64,000 nt of DNA from an uncultured Planctomycetia bacterium (GCA_964642015.1 CAZXLF010000007.1:75964-139963); one strand, 5' to 3'; counted from the stretch's first letter, positions 51,104-61,990 are shown. Program-made: numbers and translations. The notes: generated from the sequence alone by a model not told the origin.

Positions 51104-51880
51104 ATGAAGCGGAGTTCATGGGTTCTTTTGGTCTTGTTGACGGCAGGCCTATTCGGCTTTTCCAAGGTTTCATCCGCGAAAATTTCTGCGAGGCCCATCG
51201 AAGAACCGCAGATCATGAATCCTTCCGATCAATCATCGGATGACTATGAAAGAACAAAAGAGCTTCTTGAGATCTGGAAAGATCATGTGCGTACTGTCAC
51301 AAAAGAAAGAGATGAAGCTTATAAAGAGATAGAAACTTTAAAAAATCAAGGCGCATCCGCGCCGCCGGCCGTCCAAGAGGCGGCGAGTAGCTCTGACAAA
51401 GAGGATTCTGCCAGGCAGATCGAGTTTTTAAATGACAAAATGTCTCTTTTACAAAGAAAATATGAGGAACTTCAATCAGAAAACCAAAAACTCCGTGATT
51501 CAGCCTCTCAAGACCAGCAAAATCAAGTCAATGAAGCCCAGCTAGCGGGACTAAAAGCAAAAGCGGAAAAATTGAAGGTTGTTGAGAAAGAATACCAGGA
51601 AGCTAGGAATTACTTTGATTCTTATTTAAAAGAACTCGATACCAAGAATAAGAAATTAACAGATGAAAACGAATCGCTTAAATCCCAGATTCAAAATTCA
51701 GCAGAGGCCGGGAAAAAGAACCAAGAAGCGTTTGAGCAGGAATTATCCCAATTGAAGGCCGATAATGAAGAATTGCAGAAAACCCAGGCCCAGCAGTCAA
51801 AAACCATCCTTACTTTAAAGTCCACGATCAAGTCATCTTTGGATTCCCTGGACCCGAGCTGCAGCGACAAGCAGAAATAA
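51104..51880 (+). CDS. Secreted coiled-coil protein
   Basis: Signal peptide, then heptad-rich E/K/Q sequence. Confidence 0.5.
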   Translation: MKRSSWVLLVLLTAGLFGFSKVSSAKISARPIEEPQIMNPSDQSSDDYERTKELLEIWKDHVRTVTKERDEAYKEIETLKNQGASAPPAVQEAASSSDKEDSARQIEFLNDKMSLLQRKYEELQSENQKLRDSASQDQQNQVNEAQLAGLKAKAEKLKVVEKEYQEARNYFDSYLKELDTKNKKLTDENESLKSQIQNSAEAGKKNQEAFEQELSQLKADNEELQKTQAQQSKTILTLKSTIKSSLDSLDPSCSDKQK

Positions 51881-51895
51881 TTTTTATTCGGCTGT

Positions 51896-51924
51896 TTGAC
51901 ATCCAAATTGCGTGATATAATACT
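51896..51924 (+). promoter_or_regulatory. Perfect-consensus sigma70 promoter (TTGACA-17-TATAAT) about 195 nt upstream of rarA
   Basis: ttgacatccaaattgcgtgatataat. Confidence 0.55.
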
Positions 51925-52120
51925 GCTGTTCCCTGCGGTGCGCGTGGATCATGAGCGCTTTTCATGTGAATCCAACAATCAAATTGAAAGGGAGCTGAGT
52001 CAGGCATCTGTGTGCTGCCTCTTTCGAGGTTTGCCTTAAGGCGTCTGGGAGGTTCCCGCCCTATAATAGGGGATTCAATATGTGCGCGGCAGCACGGCAC
52101 CTGCGGGGCCTTTTTAAGCT

Positions 52121-53434
52121 ATGGATCTATTCGAAGAACCCTCCAAGTCAAAATCTCAATCTCATGAACCTCTAGCTGTACGTGTAAGACCTCGTTCATT
52201 AAAAGAATTCGTTGGACAACAACATATCCTTGCGCCCGGAAAACTTCTTTCCAGAGCGATCACGTCCGATAAGATATCTTCATTGGTTCTTTATGGTCCT
52301 CCCGGAACCGGAAAAACAACTCTAGCTACGGTCATTTCCAATGAAACTAAATCATTCTTTGAACCCTTGAATGCTGTAACAAGTAATGTCACTGAGATAC
52401 GAAAAGCGATCGACCAGGCAAAGAAGCGCTATGAGGTAAAAAAACAGAAAACAATTCTTTTTATAGACGAGATCCACCGGTTTAATAAAGCACAGCAGGA
52501 TGTTTTGATGCCTGATGTGGAAAAGGGAAATCCGATCCTGATAGGTGCGACGACGCATAATCCTTATTTTTCTATCGTATCCGCTCTTTTGTCTCGTTCA
52601 CTCGTTTTTGAATTGAAACCTTTGGGCGCGAACGATGTTCGTACGATTTTAATGAACGCTTTAAAGGATAAAGAAAGAGGATTTGGAAATGTTTCAGTCG
52701 AGATAGATGATGACGCTTTTGATTTTTTGTCCAATATCTGTGACGGAGATGCCAGGCGCGCTTTGAATGCTTTGGAATTGGGTGTCATGACGACACCCAA
52801 ATCAGGAGAGACGATCCACTTTACCCGTAAAGTAGCTGAAGAATCGATACAGAAGAAGGCTGTGGTATATGACGCAGATGAAGACCAACATTATGATACT
52901 ATTTCCGCTTTTATTAAATCCATGAGAGGTTCAGACCCGGATGCGGCGATCTATTACCTGGCAAAAATGCTTTACGCCGGGGAAGACCCGCGTTTTATAG
53001 CTCGACGGATCGTTATTTGCGCATCTGAAGATATTGGTAATGCCGATCCTCAGGCGTTAGTCGTCGCTAATGCCGCTCTTCAAGTGTCGGAATTCATAGG
53101 AATGCCGGAAGCCAGGATCCCGTTGGCACAGGCCACGGTATATATCGCGTGTTCGCCTAAGTCAAATGCCTCCTATTTAGCGATAGAAGGCGCTATGAAG
53201 GATGTGGCTGAAAATAAGACTTTGGAGGTACCAACGCACCTTAAAGATGCTAGCTATAAGGGAGCCCAAGCTTTGGGACATGGAAAAGGTTATCAGTATG
53301 CTCATGATTTTGAAGGGCACTACGTCGAACAACAATATCTTGCTGAAAAAAGAAGGTATTACACTCCTACCGGACAAGGCCATGAAAAGACCTTTAAGGA
53401 GTATCTGGATTCGCTCAAGAAAGATTTAAGTTAA
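52121..53434 (+). CDS. rarA: Replication-associated recombination protein A (MgsA/WRNIP AAA+ ATPase); a possible in-frame start at 52079 has a GGGGA SD
   Basis: [18 protein letters not shown], Walker [11 protein letters not shown]-terminal MgsA domain. Confidence 0.9.
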   Translation: MDLFEEPSKSKSQSHEPLAVRVRPRSLKEFVGQQHILAPGKLLSRAITSDKISSLVLYGPPGTGKTTLATVISNETKSFFEPLNAVTSNVTEIRKAIDQAKKRYEVKKQKTILFIDEIHRFNKAQQDVLMPDVEKGNPILIGATTHNPYFSIVSALLSRSLVFELKPLGANDVRTILMNALKDKERGFGNVSVEIDDDAFDFLSNICDGDARRALNALELGVMTTPKSGETIHFTRKVAEESIQKKAVVYDADEDQHYDTISAFIKSMRGSDPDAAIYYLAKMLYAGEDPRFIARRIVICASEDIGNADPQALVVANAALQVSEFIGMPEARIPLAQATVYIACSPKSNASYLAIEGAMKDVAENKTLEVPTHLKDASYKGAQALGHGKGYQYAHDFEGHYVEQQYLAEKRRYYTPTGQGHEKTFKEYLDSLKKDLS

Positions 53435-53684
53435 GGGAATAGTAATAGTACAATTAGGGCTTATCGTGTGCATACTTTCAATAAAACCTTAAGTTATTCT
53501 TTTTGCTTGTTATTTATACATTGATATACTATTATATACATTCCGTTAAAAGGTTTAGAAGAAGAAGCTAAAATTTAGTTTTATTATATATTAATTCACT
53601 GCCATATGTGTTGTGAGCAGTGTTTTTGTGGTTTGGAATCTTTTTTTAATAAAGAGTTTTATCATACTCTAGCGTTTAGTTTTT

Positions 53685-55265
53685 ATGTTTAGGGAGGAAA
53701 ACGGTTTGGCTGGCGGCGGATCTGGTGTTGGCTTTTATATGGCTGATAAACGCATCTATTTAGTAGAGTTGCGTAAGGAATTTGGAGGGATCCAAGTGGT
53801 TCGTTATGCAGAGGCAGAAGTAGAGCTGACAGAAAACAATCTGCCTAAGGAGTTTTCCTCTCAAACGGTGAGACAAGCATTTGAGAAAGCCGGTATAAAA
53901 TCAGAGAATGTTATCGTGGCTCTTGCAGAAAAAGAGTCCATGACTCGGTATTTCGACATGCCTTTATTGCCAAAAAAGGAATGGAAGAATTCGGTCCGTT
54001 TCGAAGCGCAGAAATACCTGCCTTTTGATGTCAGAGATCTTTATTCTGATTTTAAAGTAATACCCGACAAAACAAAAAAGCGGATGAGCGTGATGTTCCT
54101 GGCGGCGAAAAGACATGCCGCGGACCTGATACTGGAATTCATCCACCAGGCAGGACTAAGCGTTAGTTCTATGGAATCTGTATCAGTTTCGTTCGTAAGA
54201 CTGCTATATTCCCAGCAGCCTTGGAAGATCACAGATGTGTTTGGCGTTTTAGATATAGGTGAGGAAGGCAATTTGAACATAGCGATCATCAAGGGCAATA
54301 AACTCCTCATGACCCGTAATTGTTTCTTTACTATCTCTCAGGGATCGGCGCCATCCGCGAATTTTGAATCCTTTACGGGAGAAGTGCGCCTATCTTTGAA
54401 CTATTTTATGAAGAATTTCAAAGATGAAAAAATACAATATTTAATTTTTTGTGGCGATACGGAAAGGAATTTTCCTCAGTGGGATGAATCGTTAGGAAAT
54501 GAACTTGAAATTTCGGTCAAGAAATTTTATCCGACAAAAATATTTGGAAAATCTTTACCTTATTCTTCCGGGCTTGCTGCGGCGATCGGTGCTGCTTTGA
54601 AACCTTTAGCTTCTGATAATACACCGCATTTTAATCTTATTCCTCCGGAAAAAGCGAAAAGATTCAGCGCTTTACCGATGTCCCAGGAGCAGGAAAACAG
54701 TCTTCTTAAAAAAACGCTGATCACCGGAGGTATTGTTGTTCTGATCGTTCTGATCGCACTCAAGATATCGTTGACGATCGTTGCGTTATCCAGGACGCAG
54801 ACCATCAATGAAATAAAAAAACCGTTCATTAACGAAGCAGGGGGCCTGGCTTACTTAACCAAGGACCAGCTTGAAGAGAAAAAGACCGAGTTTGGCAATA
54901 AATTGCAATTTTTTGATTCTTTAGTGGGCCGGCGTGTATTCTGGACCTCTAAAATGAATGAGATAGCCAAATTATTACCGGATAATATGAGCCTGCTTAC
55001 GTTAGATTATACGGATAATGAAGATAGAGACGGACAGAGCACTCAATCTTTGACTATAGAAGGCACGGTATTTTCAGATCCCGGAGCCGAACTTTCCGCA
55101 GTAAATAGCTTTGTCATGGCGCTGGGTAAAAGCGAAGAATTCATGAAGGGCTTCGAGGAGATCAAAATATCTTCTATTCAAAAGAATTTCATGGAAAATT
55201 TAACGACGACTAAATTTACCATAGTATGTTTACCTCATGCTATTAAACAAAATAACTCGCCATGA
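53685..55265 (+). CDS. pilM: Type IV pilus assembly PilM fused to a PilN-like TM/periplasmic domain
   Basis: Actin-like PilM N-half (about 310 aa). Then TM LITGGIVVLIVLIALKISLTIVAL and a periplasmic domain of about 170 aa. Confidence 0.7.
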   Translation: MFREENGLAGGGSGVGFYMADKRIYLVELRKEFGGIQVVRYAEAEVELTENNLPKEFSSQTVRQAFEKAGIKSENVIVALAEKESMTRYFDMPLLPKKEWKNSVRFEAQKYLPFDVRDLYSDFKVIPDKTKKRMSVMFLAAKRHAADLILEFIHQAGLSVSSMESVSVSFVRLLYSQQPWKITDVFGVLDIGEEGNLNIAIIKGNKLLMTRNCFFTISQGSAPSANFESFTGEVRLSLNYFMKNFKDEKIQYLIFCGDTERNFPQWDESLGNELEISVKKFYPTKIFGKSLPYSSGLAAAIGAALKPLASDNTPHFNLIPPEKAKRFSALPMSQEQENSLLKKTLITGGIVVLIVLIALKISLTIVALSRTQTINEIKKPFINEAGGLAYLTKDQLEEKKTEFGNKLQFFDSLVGRRVFWTSKMNEIAKLLPDNMSLLTLDYTDNEDRDGQSTQSLTIEGTVFSDPGAELSAVNSFVMALGKSEEFMKGFEEIKISSIQKNFMENLTTTKFTIVCLPHAIKQNNSP

Positions 55266-55804
55266 TTACTAACATACCTGAATCGGTCCAAAAAAAATTA
55301 TTATTCCTGATTGTATCGCTCTTGTTGGCTGGATTCATGCTGGCAAATAATATCATTGTCAGTCCTTTTGTCAGCAAATTAAAGTCCCTATATTCTGAAC
55401 AGACCGGCATTAACTATAAACGGCAGCTTGTTCAAGAGATAGGCGGCCTTGATAAAAAATTAGGCTCGTATAAATCCTCATTTCCTGAGAATAAGCAGGT
55501 TTCTTGGTTCATTGAAGAACTCAATAAAATGGCCGAGCAATCATCCGTCTCTCTGACTTCTATAGCGCCTGTGAACGATGAGAATAGAGGAGATTATCAA
55601 AAGAGCATCATGAAGCTTGAAACACAATGCACCTATCACGAATTGGGAGATTTTGTAAGTCGGATCGAGAGCTCGTCTCGCTTCATCAAGATTTCAGGCT
55701 TTCGCGCGGAATTGATCACTGAAGGCAAAAAAGTTCCGGGTAAAAATATTAGGGCTATTCTTTCGATAAGTTTTTTTTATCCGGCTAAGGTGATGGCAAA
55801 ATGA
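55262..55804 (+). CDS. pilO: PilO-like pilus assembly protein
   Basis: N-terminal TM, coiled region; position between pilM/N and pilP/Q. Confidence 0.55.
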   Translation: MITNIPESVQKKLLFLIVSLLLAGFMLANNIIVSPFVSKLKSLYSEQTGINYKRQLVQEIGGLDKKLGSYKSSFPENKQVSWFIEELNKMAEQSSVSLTSIAPVNDENRGDYQKSIMKLETQCTYHELGDFVSRIESSSRFIKISGFRAELITEGKKVPGKNIRAILSISFFYPAKVMAK

Positions 55805-56151
55805 AAAAGATAGCCTGTCTATTTTTAATACTTGTGATCGTGATGCTATCTAAAGATTCACATGCTATTGAATATACTGGCCAATCTTTAAGAGACCCGT
55901 TCAGTAGTACCAAAATGGGCGGATCCAGCATAAAAGATGAGATCGCAACGCTCTCATTTACTTTGGAAGGTTTTGTGTGGAATACGAAACGTCCTCAGGC
56001 GATCATCAATGGGCAGGTTGTGGAAGTTGGAAGCAAAATTGAAAATGCGGAAATTCTTGACATTCAAAAAGGAGGTGTCAAAATGCGTTATAAAGGGAAA
56101 GAATTTTTTTTAAGGCCTAAAAAAACAGAAGCTGAGAAGTCAAAGTCATGA
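55801..56151 (+). CDS. PilP-like small secreted protein
   Basis: Signal peptide; C-terminal beta-rich INGQVVEVGSKIENAEILDIQ; immediately precedes the secretin. Confidence 0.5.
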   Translation: MKKIACLFLILVIVMLSKDSHAIEYTGQSLRDPFSSTKMGGSSIKDEIATLSFTLEGFVWNTKRPQAIINGQVVEVGSKIENAEILDIQKGGVKMRYKGKEFFLRPKKTEAEKSKS

Positions 56152-57953
56152 AAAAATTAAAATCTTTTTTGGTATTGTTTTTTCTGCTTGTTGTTCCTTC
56201 GATTACTTTTGGGGCGCCTGAAGATCCTTCTCCAAAAGGAGAATTCGGTTATCAACCTATCTCCATAGAAGTAGACGGGGCCCCTTTGAAGGAAGTGCTT
56301 AAAATATTTTCCGAGCAATCCGGACTTAGTTTCATCGCAAGCCAGGAGGTTGAAAATAAAAGAGTCACGGTGTATTTGGAAAATGTTCCTGCCGGCGATG
56401 CAATGGAAAGTATTTTGGCGGCGAATAATCTTCGTTATGAAAGAAAAAAGAGCGGCATTTTTGTCGTTTATCCCAATATATCAACAAGTCTTACCGCGCC
56501 TGGACAAGGGGCCGCAGCCGGCGCGGCCGGACCGGCGATGCAGACTAAGATTTTTCATATCAAATATTCCCGTTTATCGATCTCTCCTATGGATGTGGCT
56601 GGTAAAAACATGATCGAAGATCTACCTACTAAGGATTCAACCGGCGGCCAAGCAGCTCCATCTGCTCCCAGCGAAGAAAATCCCAACAAAGGATCGGATA
56701 AGAACTCAACTGAAAAAACGAATCTTATGGCTGAGAGAGGCATTGATAAGATTGTGGCAAGCATCCTCTCTGAAAATGGCAAAGTCGCTGTTGATATTAG
56801 TACAAATAGTCTGATTGTCACAGATACGGCTGAAAAATTATTGGACGTTGAGAAAGTCATTTCAAAGATCGATGTGCCGCCGTCCCAGATCATGGTCGAA
56901 GTTCAGATGATGGAGGTCAAAAAAGGATTATTGGAAGATATTGGAGTTGAGTGGGGAGGCGCGAACGGTTCTCTTGCTTCGTTTACAGGATCGGCCCGAA
57001 GCTTAGGATTCCCTTTAACCACTAACGCATTTACTAAAACAAAGGGAATTAACATTTCAGATCCTTTAGCCGGTACATCAAGTAGTGGATCGGGCGGCGG
57101 TTCAGGCGGCAGTTCAGGCCCTATTATTACTCCTACTTTAAAGCTAGGCGTACTGAGTTTTGCTGACTATCAAGAGATTTTGCATTTTATTACAAGTCAG
57201 ACCGATACGAAAATTCTAGCAAGGCCACGCGTATTAACATTGAACAATGAAGCGGCCAATATAAACCTGGTTACAAAAACAGTCGTAGGAACTAAGAATA
57301 CGTTGGTTACGTCCCAGTCTTTGACCACTTTTACGACTGGGGAGGCAGTTACGGCTGATACCGGTATTACGCTCAAAATGACACCTCAGATCAATGATGA
57401 TCAGACGATTTCGTTCTTTTTACAGCCATCCATTACGACAGTTGCGGCATCCGATTTCTTTCCAACTCAGTTCTTAGAGCCGACAACTCGTACAGTTAGG
57501 ACGCTTGTTCGTGTCAAAGATAATGAAGCGCTGGTTATTGGAGGCTTGATCGATGACAATGAAATTGTTACCAATAAGAAGATACCATTGCTTGGAAATC
57601 TCCCATTGGTTGGTAATGCCTTCAACTATAAGCATAAAAGCCGGAATGACCGCGAGTTCTTGATATTTATTACCCCTCATATTATCAAAAAATATGACAG
57701 CCTGGCATCCGAAAATGCTAAGGATATTAATAGAGACATCGCGATCGACAGAATGCTCGATCAATTTTCTGATGATGAGGTCAATAGGACCATTGGACCC
57801 ATACAAACCATTGAACAATCTAATATCAGAGGCGCTACAAGTTATCGACCGCCTGTTGATAGGTCGAAAGTTGATAATCCTTTTGATCATGTTGTTGATA
57901 AAGAAATGGCGCACACGCTGGATTCGATGAACCAACAAAAACCGAAAGCCTAA
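56148..57953 (+). CDS. pilQ: Type IV pilus secretin PilQ
   Basis: C-terminal secretin domain (IPLLGNLPLVGNAFNYKHKSRNDREFLIFITPHII); N-terminal signal peptide; Gly/Ser linker. Confidence 0.85.
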   Translation: MKKLKSFLVLFFLLVVPSITFGAPEDPSPKGEFGYQPISIEVDGAPLKEVLKIFSEQSGLSFIASQEVENKRVTVYLENVPAGDAMESILAANNLRYERKKSGIFVVYPNISTSLTAPGQGAAAGAAGPAMQTKIFHIKYSRLSISPMDVAGKNMIEDLPTKDSTGGQAAPSAPSEENPNKGSDKNSTEKTNLMAERGIDKIVASILSENGKVAVDISTNSLIVTDTAEKLLDVEKVISKIDVPPSQIMVEVQMMEVKKGLLEDIGVEWGGANGSLASFTGSARSLGFPLTTNAFTKTKGINISDPLAGTSSSGSGGGSGGSSGPIITPTLKLGVLSFADYQEILHFITSQTDTKILARPRVLTLNNEAANINLVTKTVVGTKNTLVTSQSLTTFTTGEAVTADTGITLKMTPQINDDQTISFFLQPSITTVAASDFFPTQFLEPTTRTVRTLVRVKDNEALVIGGLIDDNEIVTNKKIPLLGNLPLVGNAFNYKHKSRNDREFLIFITPHIIKKYDSLASENAKDINRDIAIDRMLDQFSDDEVNRTIGPIQTIEQSNIRGATSYRPPVDRSKVDNPFDHVVDKEMAHTLDSMNQQKPKA

Positions 57954-57958
57954 AGATA

Positions 57959-59671
57959 ATGACTAAAAAGCATTTACGGCTTGGAGAATTGCTCTTAAAA
58001 GAAGGTTTGATCACTCAAGAGCAGCTCTTAAAAGTCCTTGAACTTCAAAAAAAAGGTTCTCCGGACGCAGTCGGCACTCTGCTTTTTAAACTTGGTGCTA
58101 TTACGGAAAAAGAACTTATCGAGACTCTGAGCAAGCAGCTTGGCATTCCTTTTATGACAAAAGAGAACGGTCTTTTGAAACCTGTCGCCGATCAGGAATT
58201 GAATAAACTTATTCCGGAAGAATTTGCTAGGAAACATTGCATCATTCCGATCTCCAAGCATTTTAAATCTCTGACGATCGCGTTTTCAGATCCGACGGAT
58301 GTCGTCTTGATCGATAATCTTCGCAAGATCACCGGAATGGATATACAAAGAGTAGTCGCTTTAAAAAATGACATTGAGTTATCGATAGACGAATTTTACG
58401 GCGAAGGCGGCATGTTAAAAAGTGTTGTCGAAGCTTCTTATACCGGTAGAAAACATGATGCACGTTTGGAATCCGAGGATCAGTTATCTCTGGATGATAT
58501 TGTTGCCAATGCCGAAAAGGCGCCGGTGGTCAGATTGGCAGATCTTTTGATCCGTCAGGCGATCAAACAGCACGCCAGCGATATCCATATCGAGCCTTCG
58601 CCAGACAAAGTGACAATTCGTTTTCGTATCGATGGAGTGCTTCAAGAAATTCCATCACCGGATAAGTCCATGGCCCTTCCTCTTGTATCGCGACTTAAGC
58701 TATTAGCCAAGATGGACATAGCGGAGAAACGTCTACCTCAAGATGGCAGTTTTCGTGCTAGTATCGAAAACCGGCTCATTGATTTCCGTGTTTCCACGGT
58801 ACCCACGATCAACGGAGAAAAAATGGTTTTGAGGATCCTTGATCGCTCATCAGTATCTTTGGATCTTGTTAAACTTGGATTTAATGGAAATGATCTTGCG
58901 GTTTTTAGAAAAGCGATCTCTAGGCCGTATGGAATGATCCTGTTGACTGGACCGACCGGAAGCGGAAAAACCACGACACTTTATGCAGCCCTCAATGAGA
59001 TCAAGGGCACGGATAAGAACATTACGACCATCGAAGATCCGGTCGAATATCAGATCGCCGGTATTAATCAAGTACAAGTGAAGCCATCTATTGGTTTGAC
59101 ATTTGCCAGTGGCTTGAGGTCATTCTTGAGGCAAGATCCAGACATCATGCTTGTCGGAGAGATCCGCGATCTTGATACGGCTCAAATATGTGTACGAGCG
59201 GCACTTACCGGTCATCTGGTTTTCAGCACCCTTCATACAAACGACGCTCCATCCGCAATAAGCCGGCTTGTCGATATTGGTATAGAACCATTTTTTGTGA
59301 CGTCGTCTCTTTTGATGGTAGTAGCCCAAAGACTGATCCGAAAATTGTGTCCAAAATGTAAAGAATCTTACAAACCTTTGCATAATCAATTACCCACCGG
59401 ATTTAAAATGACCTCTGATGTTATTTATCGTGCTAAAGGTTGTGAATACTGTTCCGGGACAGGCTACATGGGACGCTTAGCCGTAGCGGAAATCATGAGC
59501 ATGACTGAAGAAATTGAACAATTAATTCAAAAAAGAGCCACTACTTCAGATATCAAAAATTCCGCTAGAAAAGCCGGCATGGTAACGCTTGAAGAAAGCG
59601 GATATAACAAGGTTTTAACAGGTGAGACCTCACTCGAAGAAGTTATTCGGGTGACGATGGCGAATATTTAA
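57959..59671 (+). CDS. pilB: Type IV pilus assembly ATPase PilB (GspE family)
   Basis: N-terminal GspE_N domain, Walker A GPTGSGKTTT, tetracysteine CPKC...CEYC. Confidence 0.9.
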   Translation: MTKKHLRLGELLLKEGLITQEQLLKVLELQKKGSPDAVGTLLFKLGAITEKELIETLSKQLGIPFMTKENGLLKPVADQELNKLIPEEFARKHCIIPISKHFKSLTIAFSDPTDVVLIDNLRKITGMDIQRVVALKNDIELSIDEFYGEGGMLKSVVEASYTGRKHDARLESEDQLSLDDIVANAEKAPVVRLADLLIRQAIKQHASDIHIEPSPDKVTIRFRIDGVLQEIPSPDKSMALPLVSRLKLLAKMDIAEKRLPQDGSFRASIENRLIDFRVSTVPTINGEKMVLRILDRSSVSLDLVKLGFNGNDLAVFRKAISRPYGMILLTGPTGSGKTTTLYAALNEIKGTDKNITTIEDPVEYQIAGINQVQVKPSIGLTFASGLRSFLRQDPDIMLVGEIRDLDTAQICVRAALTGHLVFSTLHTNDAPSAISRLVDIGIEPFFVTSSLLMVVAQRLIRKLCPKCKESYKPLHNQLPTGFKMTSDVIYRAKGCEYCSGTGYMGRLAVAEIMSMTEEIEQLIQKRATTSDIKNSARKAGMVTLEESGYNKVLTGETSLEEVIRVTMANI

Positions 59672-59687
59672 TACATCAGAGGTCATA

Positions 59688-60905
59688 TTGCCCATATACG
59701 CCTATACTGCTCGCGATAAAGATGGGAAGGTTATAAACGGAACCCAGGAAGCGGCAAGCGAATATGCGGCGATCAAGATCCTTCAAACGCGTGATTTAAT
59801 TCTGACGAAAATAAATGATGCCAGCTCTGAACTTGAAAGTCAGCGAGTATCAAAATCAAGGCAACACAAGCGCGTAAGGTCATCGGATCTGCTCTTTTTT
59901 GTTAGACAATTAGCCATTCTTTTAGATGCAGGAATACCTATATTACGTTCGATCGACATGCTTTTTGCACAAGTCCAAAGCGAACATCTTGCTTCGACTG
60001 TAGATAGTGTAAAGGCGGATATAAAGGCGGGTATTACCCTTAGGGATGCTGTTTCAAAACATCCAAAGGTTTTTCCTACGCTTTGGGTCTATTTGATAGA
60101 AGCAGGCGAAACCAGCGGTAATTTACCGCTGGTTTTGAATCAATTGGCAGATCATTTGGAATCGAGCATGAATTTGCGAAAAAAAGTCGTTTCGGCTTTG
60201 ATTTATCCGGCCGTGCTTCTTATAGTAGCTTTTGTTGCGTTATTGATCTTCTTATTGAAGATCATTCCGGTTTTTTCTAATCTTTTCAATATGTTCCATG
60301 CTAAATTACCACCAATTACTCTGATAGTGATTGGTGTCAGCACATTTTTGCAACATTTTATCGTTTATATCGTTCTTGGTATCGCTCTATTGGTTTATTT
60401 ACTAAAACGTTATATAGCTACTCCGCACGGTCGCAGGGATATAGATAAAAAGCTAATTGCTATTCCGCTTATCGGAGGTTATGTGCGGGATTCGGTCTTG
60501 GTACGTATTACGATCAATTTATCTACACTCCTTCAGAGTGGCGTCAATCTCCTCAGGAGCCTTGAAATCGCTTCACAAACAGCAGGAAATACTCTATATC
60601 AGGCGGCTCTAAATAATGTCGCTCACGATGTTAAACAAGGTAAACCTTTATCTTTTTCTCTTAATCAAAGCCGGCTTTTTCCTCCAATGATGATCGACAT
60701 GATCACGGTGGGGGAAGAAAGTGGTACTTTACCCAATATGTTAACGCGTTTGGCGAAGTATTACGAAGATAGGGTCGAAACTTTTACAGGTAGATTGGGT
60801 ACCTTAATTGAGCCAATAATTTTGATAGGAGTTGGATCATTAATAGGTTTTCTAGTAGTATCTATCTTCTTGCCAATATTTAGCTTAAGTACAGTTATAA
60901 AATGA
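59688..60905 (+). CDS. pilC: Type IV pilus inner-membrane platform protein PilC (GspF family)
   Basis: 405 aa, duplicated GspF domains, 3 TM. Confidence 0.85.
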   Translation: MPIYAYTARDKDGKVINGTQEAASEYAAIKILQTRDLILTKINDASSELESQRVSKSRQHKRVRSSDLLFFVRQLAILLDAGIPILRSIDMLFAQVQSEHLASTVDSVKADIKAGITLRDAVSKHPKVFPTLWVYLIEAGETSGNLPLVLNQLADHLESSMNLRKKVVSALIYPAVLLIVAFVALLIFLLKIIPVFSNLFNMFHAKLPPITLIVIGVSTFLQHFIVYIVLGIALLVYLLKRYIATPHGRRDIDKKLIAIPLIGGYVRDSVLVRITINLSTLLQSGVNLLRSLEIASQTAGNTLYQAALNNVAHDVKQGKPLSFSLNQSRLFPPMMIDMITVGEESGTLPNMLTRLAKYYEDRVETFTGRLGTLIEPIILIGVGSLIGFLVVSIFLPIFSLSTVIK

Positions 60906-60992
60906 CTTTAAAAAGAACATTTGAAAATTGTTATTGAATGTGGTATGATTAAGGCCATCATAAAGATCAACATGATCTTTAAGGAGTAGGTA

Positions 60993-61436
60993 GTGAAAAC
61001 AAAAGGGGGGAGTATCATGAGAAAAGAAAACGGTTTAAAAAGGCTCAACAGCAAAGGCTTTACGCTGATTGAAGTCTTGATCGTAGTGATCATCATTGCG
61101 GTATTAGCCGGCCTTGCTGTTCCTATGTTCCGTGGCACTGTTGAAAAGTCACGGAAAACAGAAGCTGAGGGTGTTCTTTCTGCGACTCGGCATTCCGAAC
61201 TGCGTTACTTTGCAGCAAATAACACTTACACCACTACTGTGGCTTCTTTGGATTACAATCCAACAGCCGCGGATACGTCGGGACAAACAGTACACTTTAC
61301 CTATACCATCCCAACAGGGGGTGCTACTACGCTGACAGTCACAGCAACGCGTAACACCGTTGATGGTGGAGATGGAACAAGTACAGTGTCTATTAATCAG
61401 GCGGGTGTTGTTACAGGCACAGGCGTTTTCGCATAA
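60993..61436 (+). CDS. Type IV major pilin, copy 1 (GTG 60993 or ATG 61018; class III signal ...KG|FTLIEV)
   Basis: Prepilin N-terminal methylation motif G-FTLIEVLIVVIIIAVLAGLAVP. Strong SDs before both candidate starts. Confidence 0.85.
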   Translation: MKTKGGSIMRKENGLKRLNSKGFTLIEVLIVVIIIAVLAGLAVPMFRGTVEKSRKTEAEGVLSATRHSELRYFAANNTYTTTVASLDYNPTAADTSGQTVHFTYTIPTGGATTLTVTATRNTVDGGDGTSTVSINQAGVVTGTGVFA

Positions 61437-61954
61437 TACTTTTGCGAGCCTATTCTTATTTTGTTTACGCTCTTGATATCTATTGAGAGGGCTGCTGAAT
61501 GATGAGAATGGGATGGGACGGAGGATTATATTATGATGATGAGAGGCAAACGAGCGACGAAACTTAATAAGAACGGTTTTACTCTTATTGAAGTCTTGAT
61601 CGTAGTGATCATCATTGCGGTATTAGCCGGCCTTGCTGTTCCTATGTTCCGTGGCACTGTTGAAAAGTCACGGAAAACAGAAGCTGAGGGTGTTCTTTCT
61701 GCGACTCGGCATTCCGAACTGCGTTACTTTGCAGCAAATAACACTTACACCACTACTGTGGCTTCTTTGGATTACAATCCAACAGCCGCGGATACGTCGG
61801 GACAAACAGTACACTTTACCTATACCATCCCAACAGGGGGTGCTACTACGCTGACAGTCACAGCAACGCGTAACACCGTTGATGGTGGAGATGGAACAAG
61901 TACAGTGTCTATTAATCAGGCGGGTGTTGTTACAGGCACAGGCGTTTTCGCATA
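61068..61954 (+). repeat. Tandem duplication: 368 bp perfectly identical (61068..61435 = 61587..61954), offset 519 bp, covering the mature pilin coding sequence
   Basis: Direct sequence comparison. Leaders and upstream regions differ. Confidence 0.9.
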
Positions 61955-61955
61955 G
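61533..61955 (+). CDS. Type IV major pilin, copy 2 (identical mature protein, different leader MMMRGKRATKLNKNG)
   Basis: GGAGGA SD; identical from FTLIEV to the C-terminus. Confidence 0.85.
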   Translation: MMMRGKRATKLNKNGFTLIEVLIVVIIIAVLAGLAVPMFRGTVEKSRKTEAEGVLSATRHSELRYFAANNTYTTTVASLDYNPTAADTSGQTVHFTYTIPTGGATTLTVTATRNTVDGGDGTSTVSINQAGVVTGTGVFA

Positions 61956-61990
61956 TGATTATTTACGCTTAGTTGCGTAACTAAAAAAGA

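Noticed and set aside
60940-60975. Sigma54 promoter upstream of pilin copy 1 (TGGTAT-N-AGGCC)
   Set aside because: Only the GG-N10-GC spacing matches; the -12 TTGCW element is absent. The evidence is too weak.
61068-61954. CRISPR-like repeat
   Set aside because: It is a single 368-bp duplication of a coding sequence, not short interspersed repeats. No cas genes are present.
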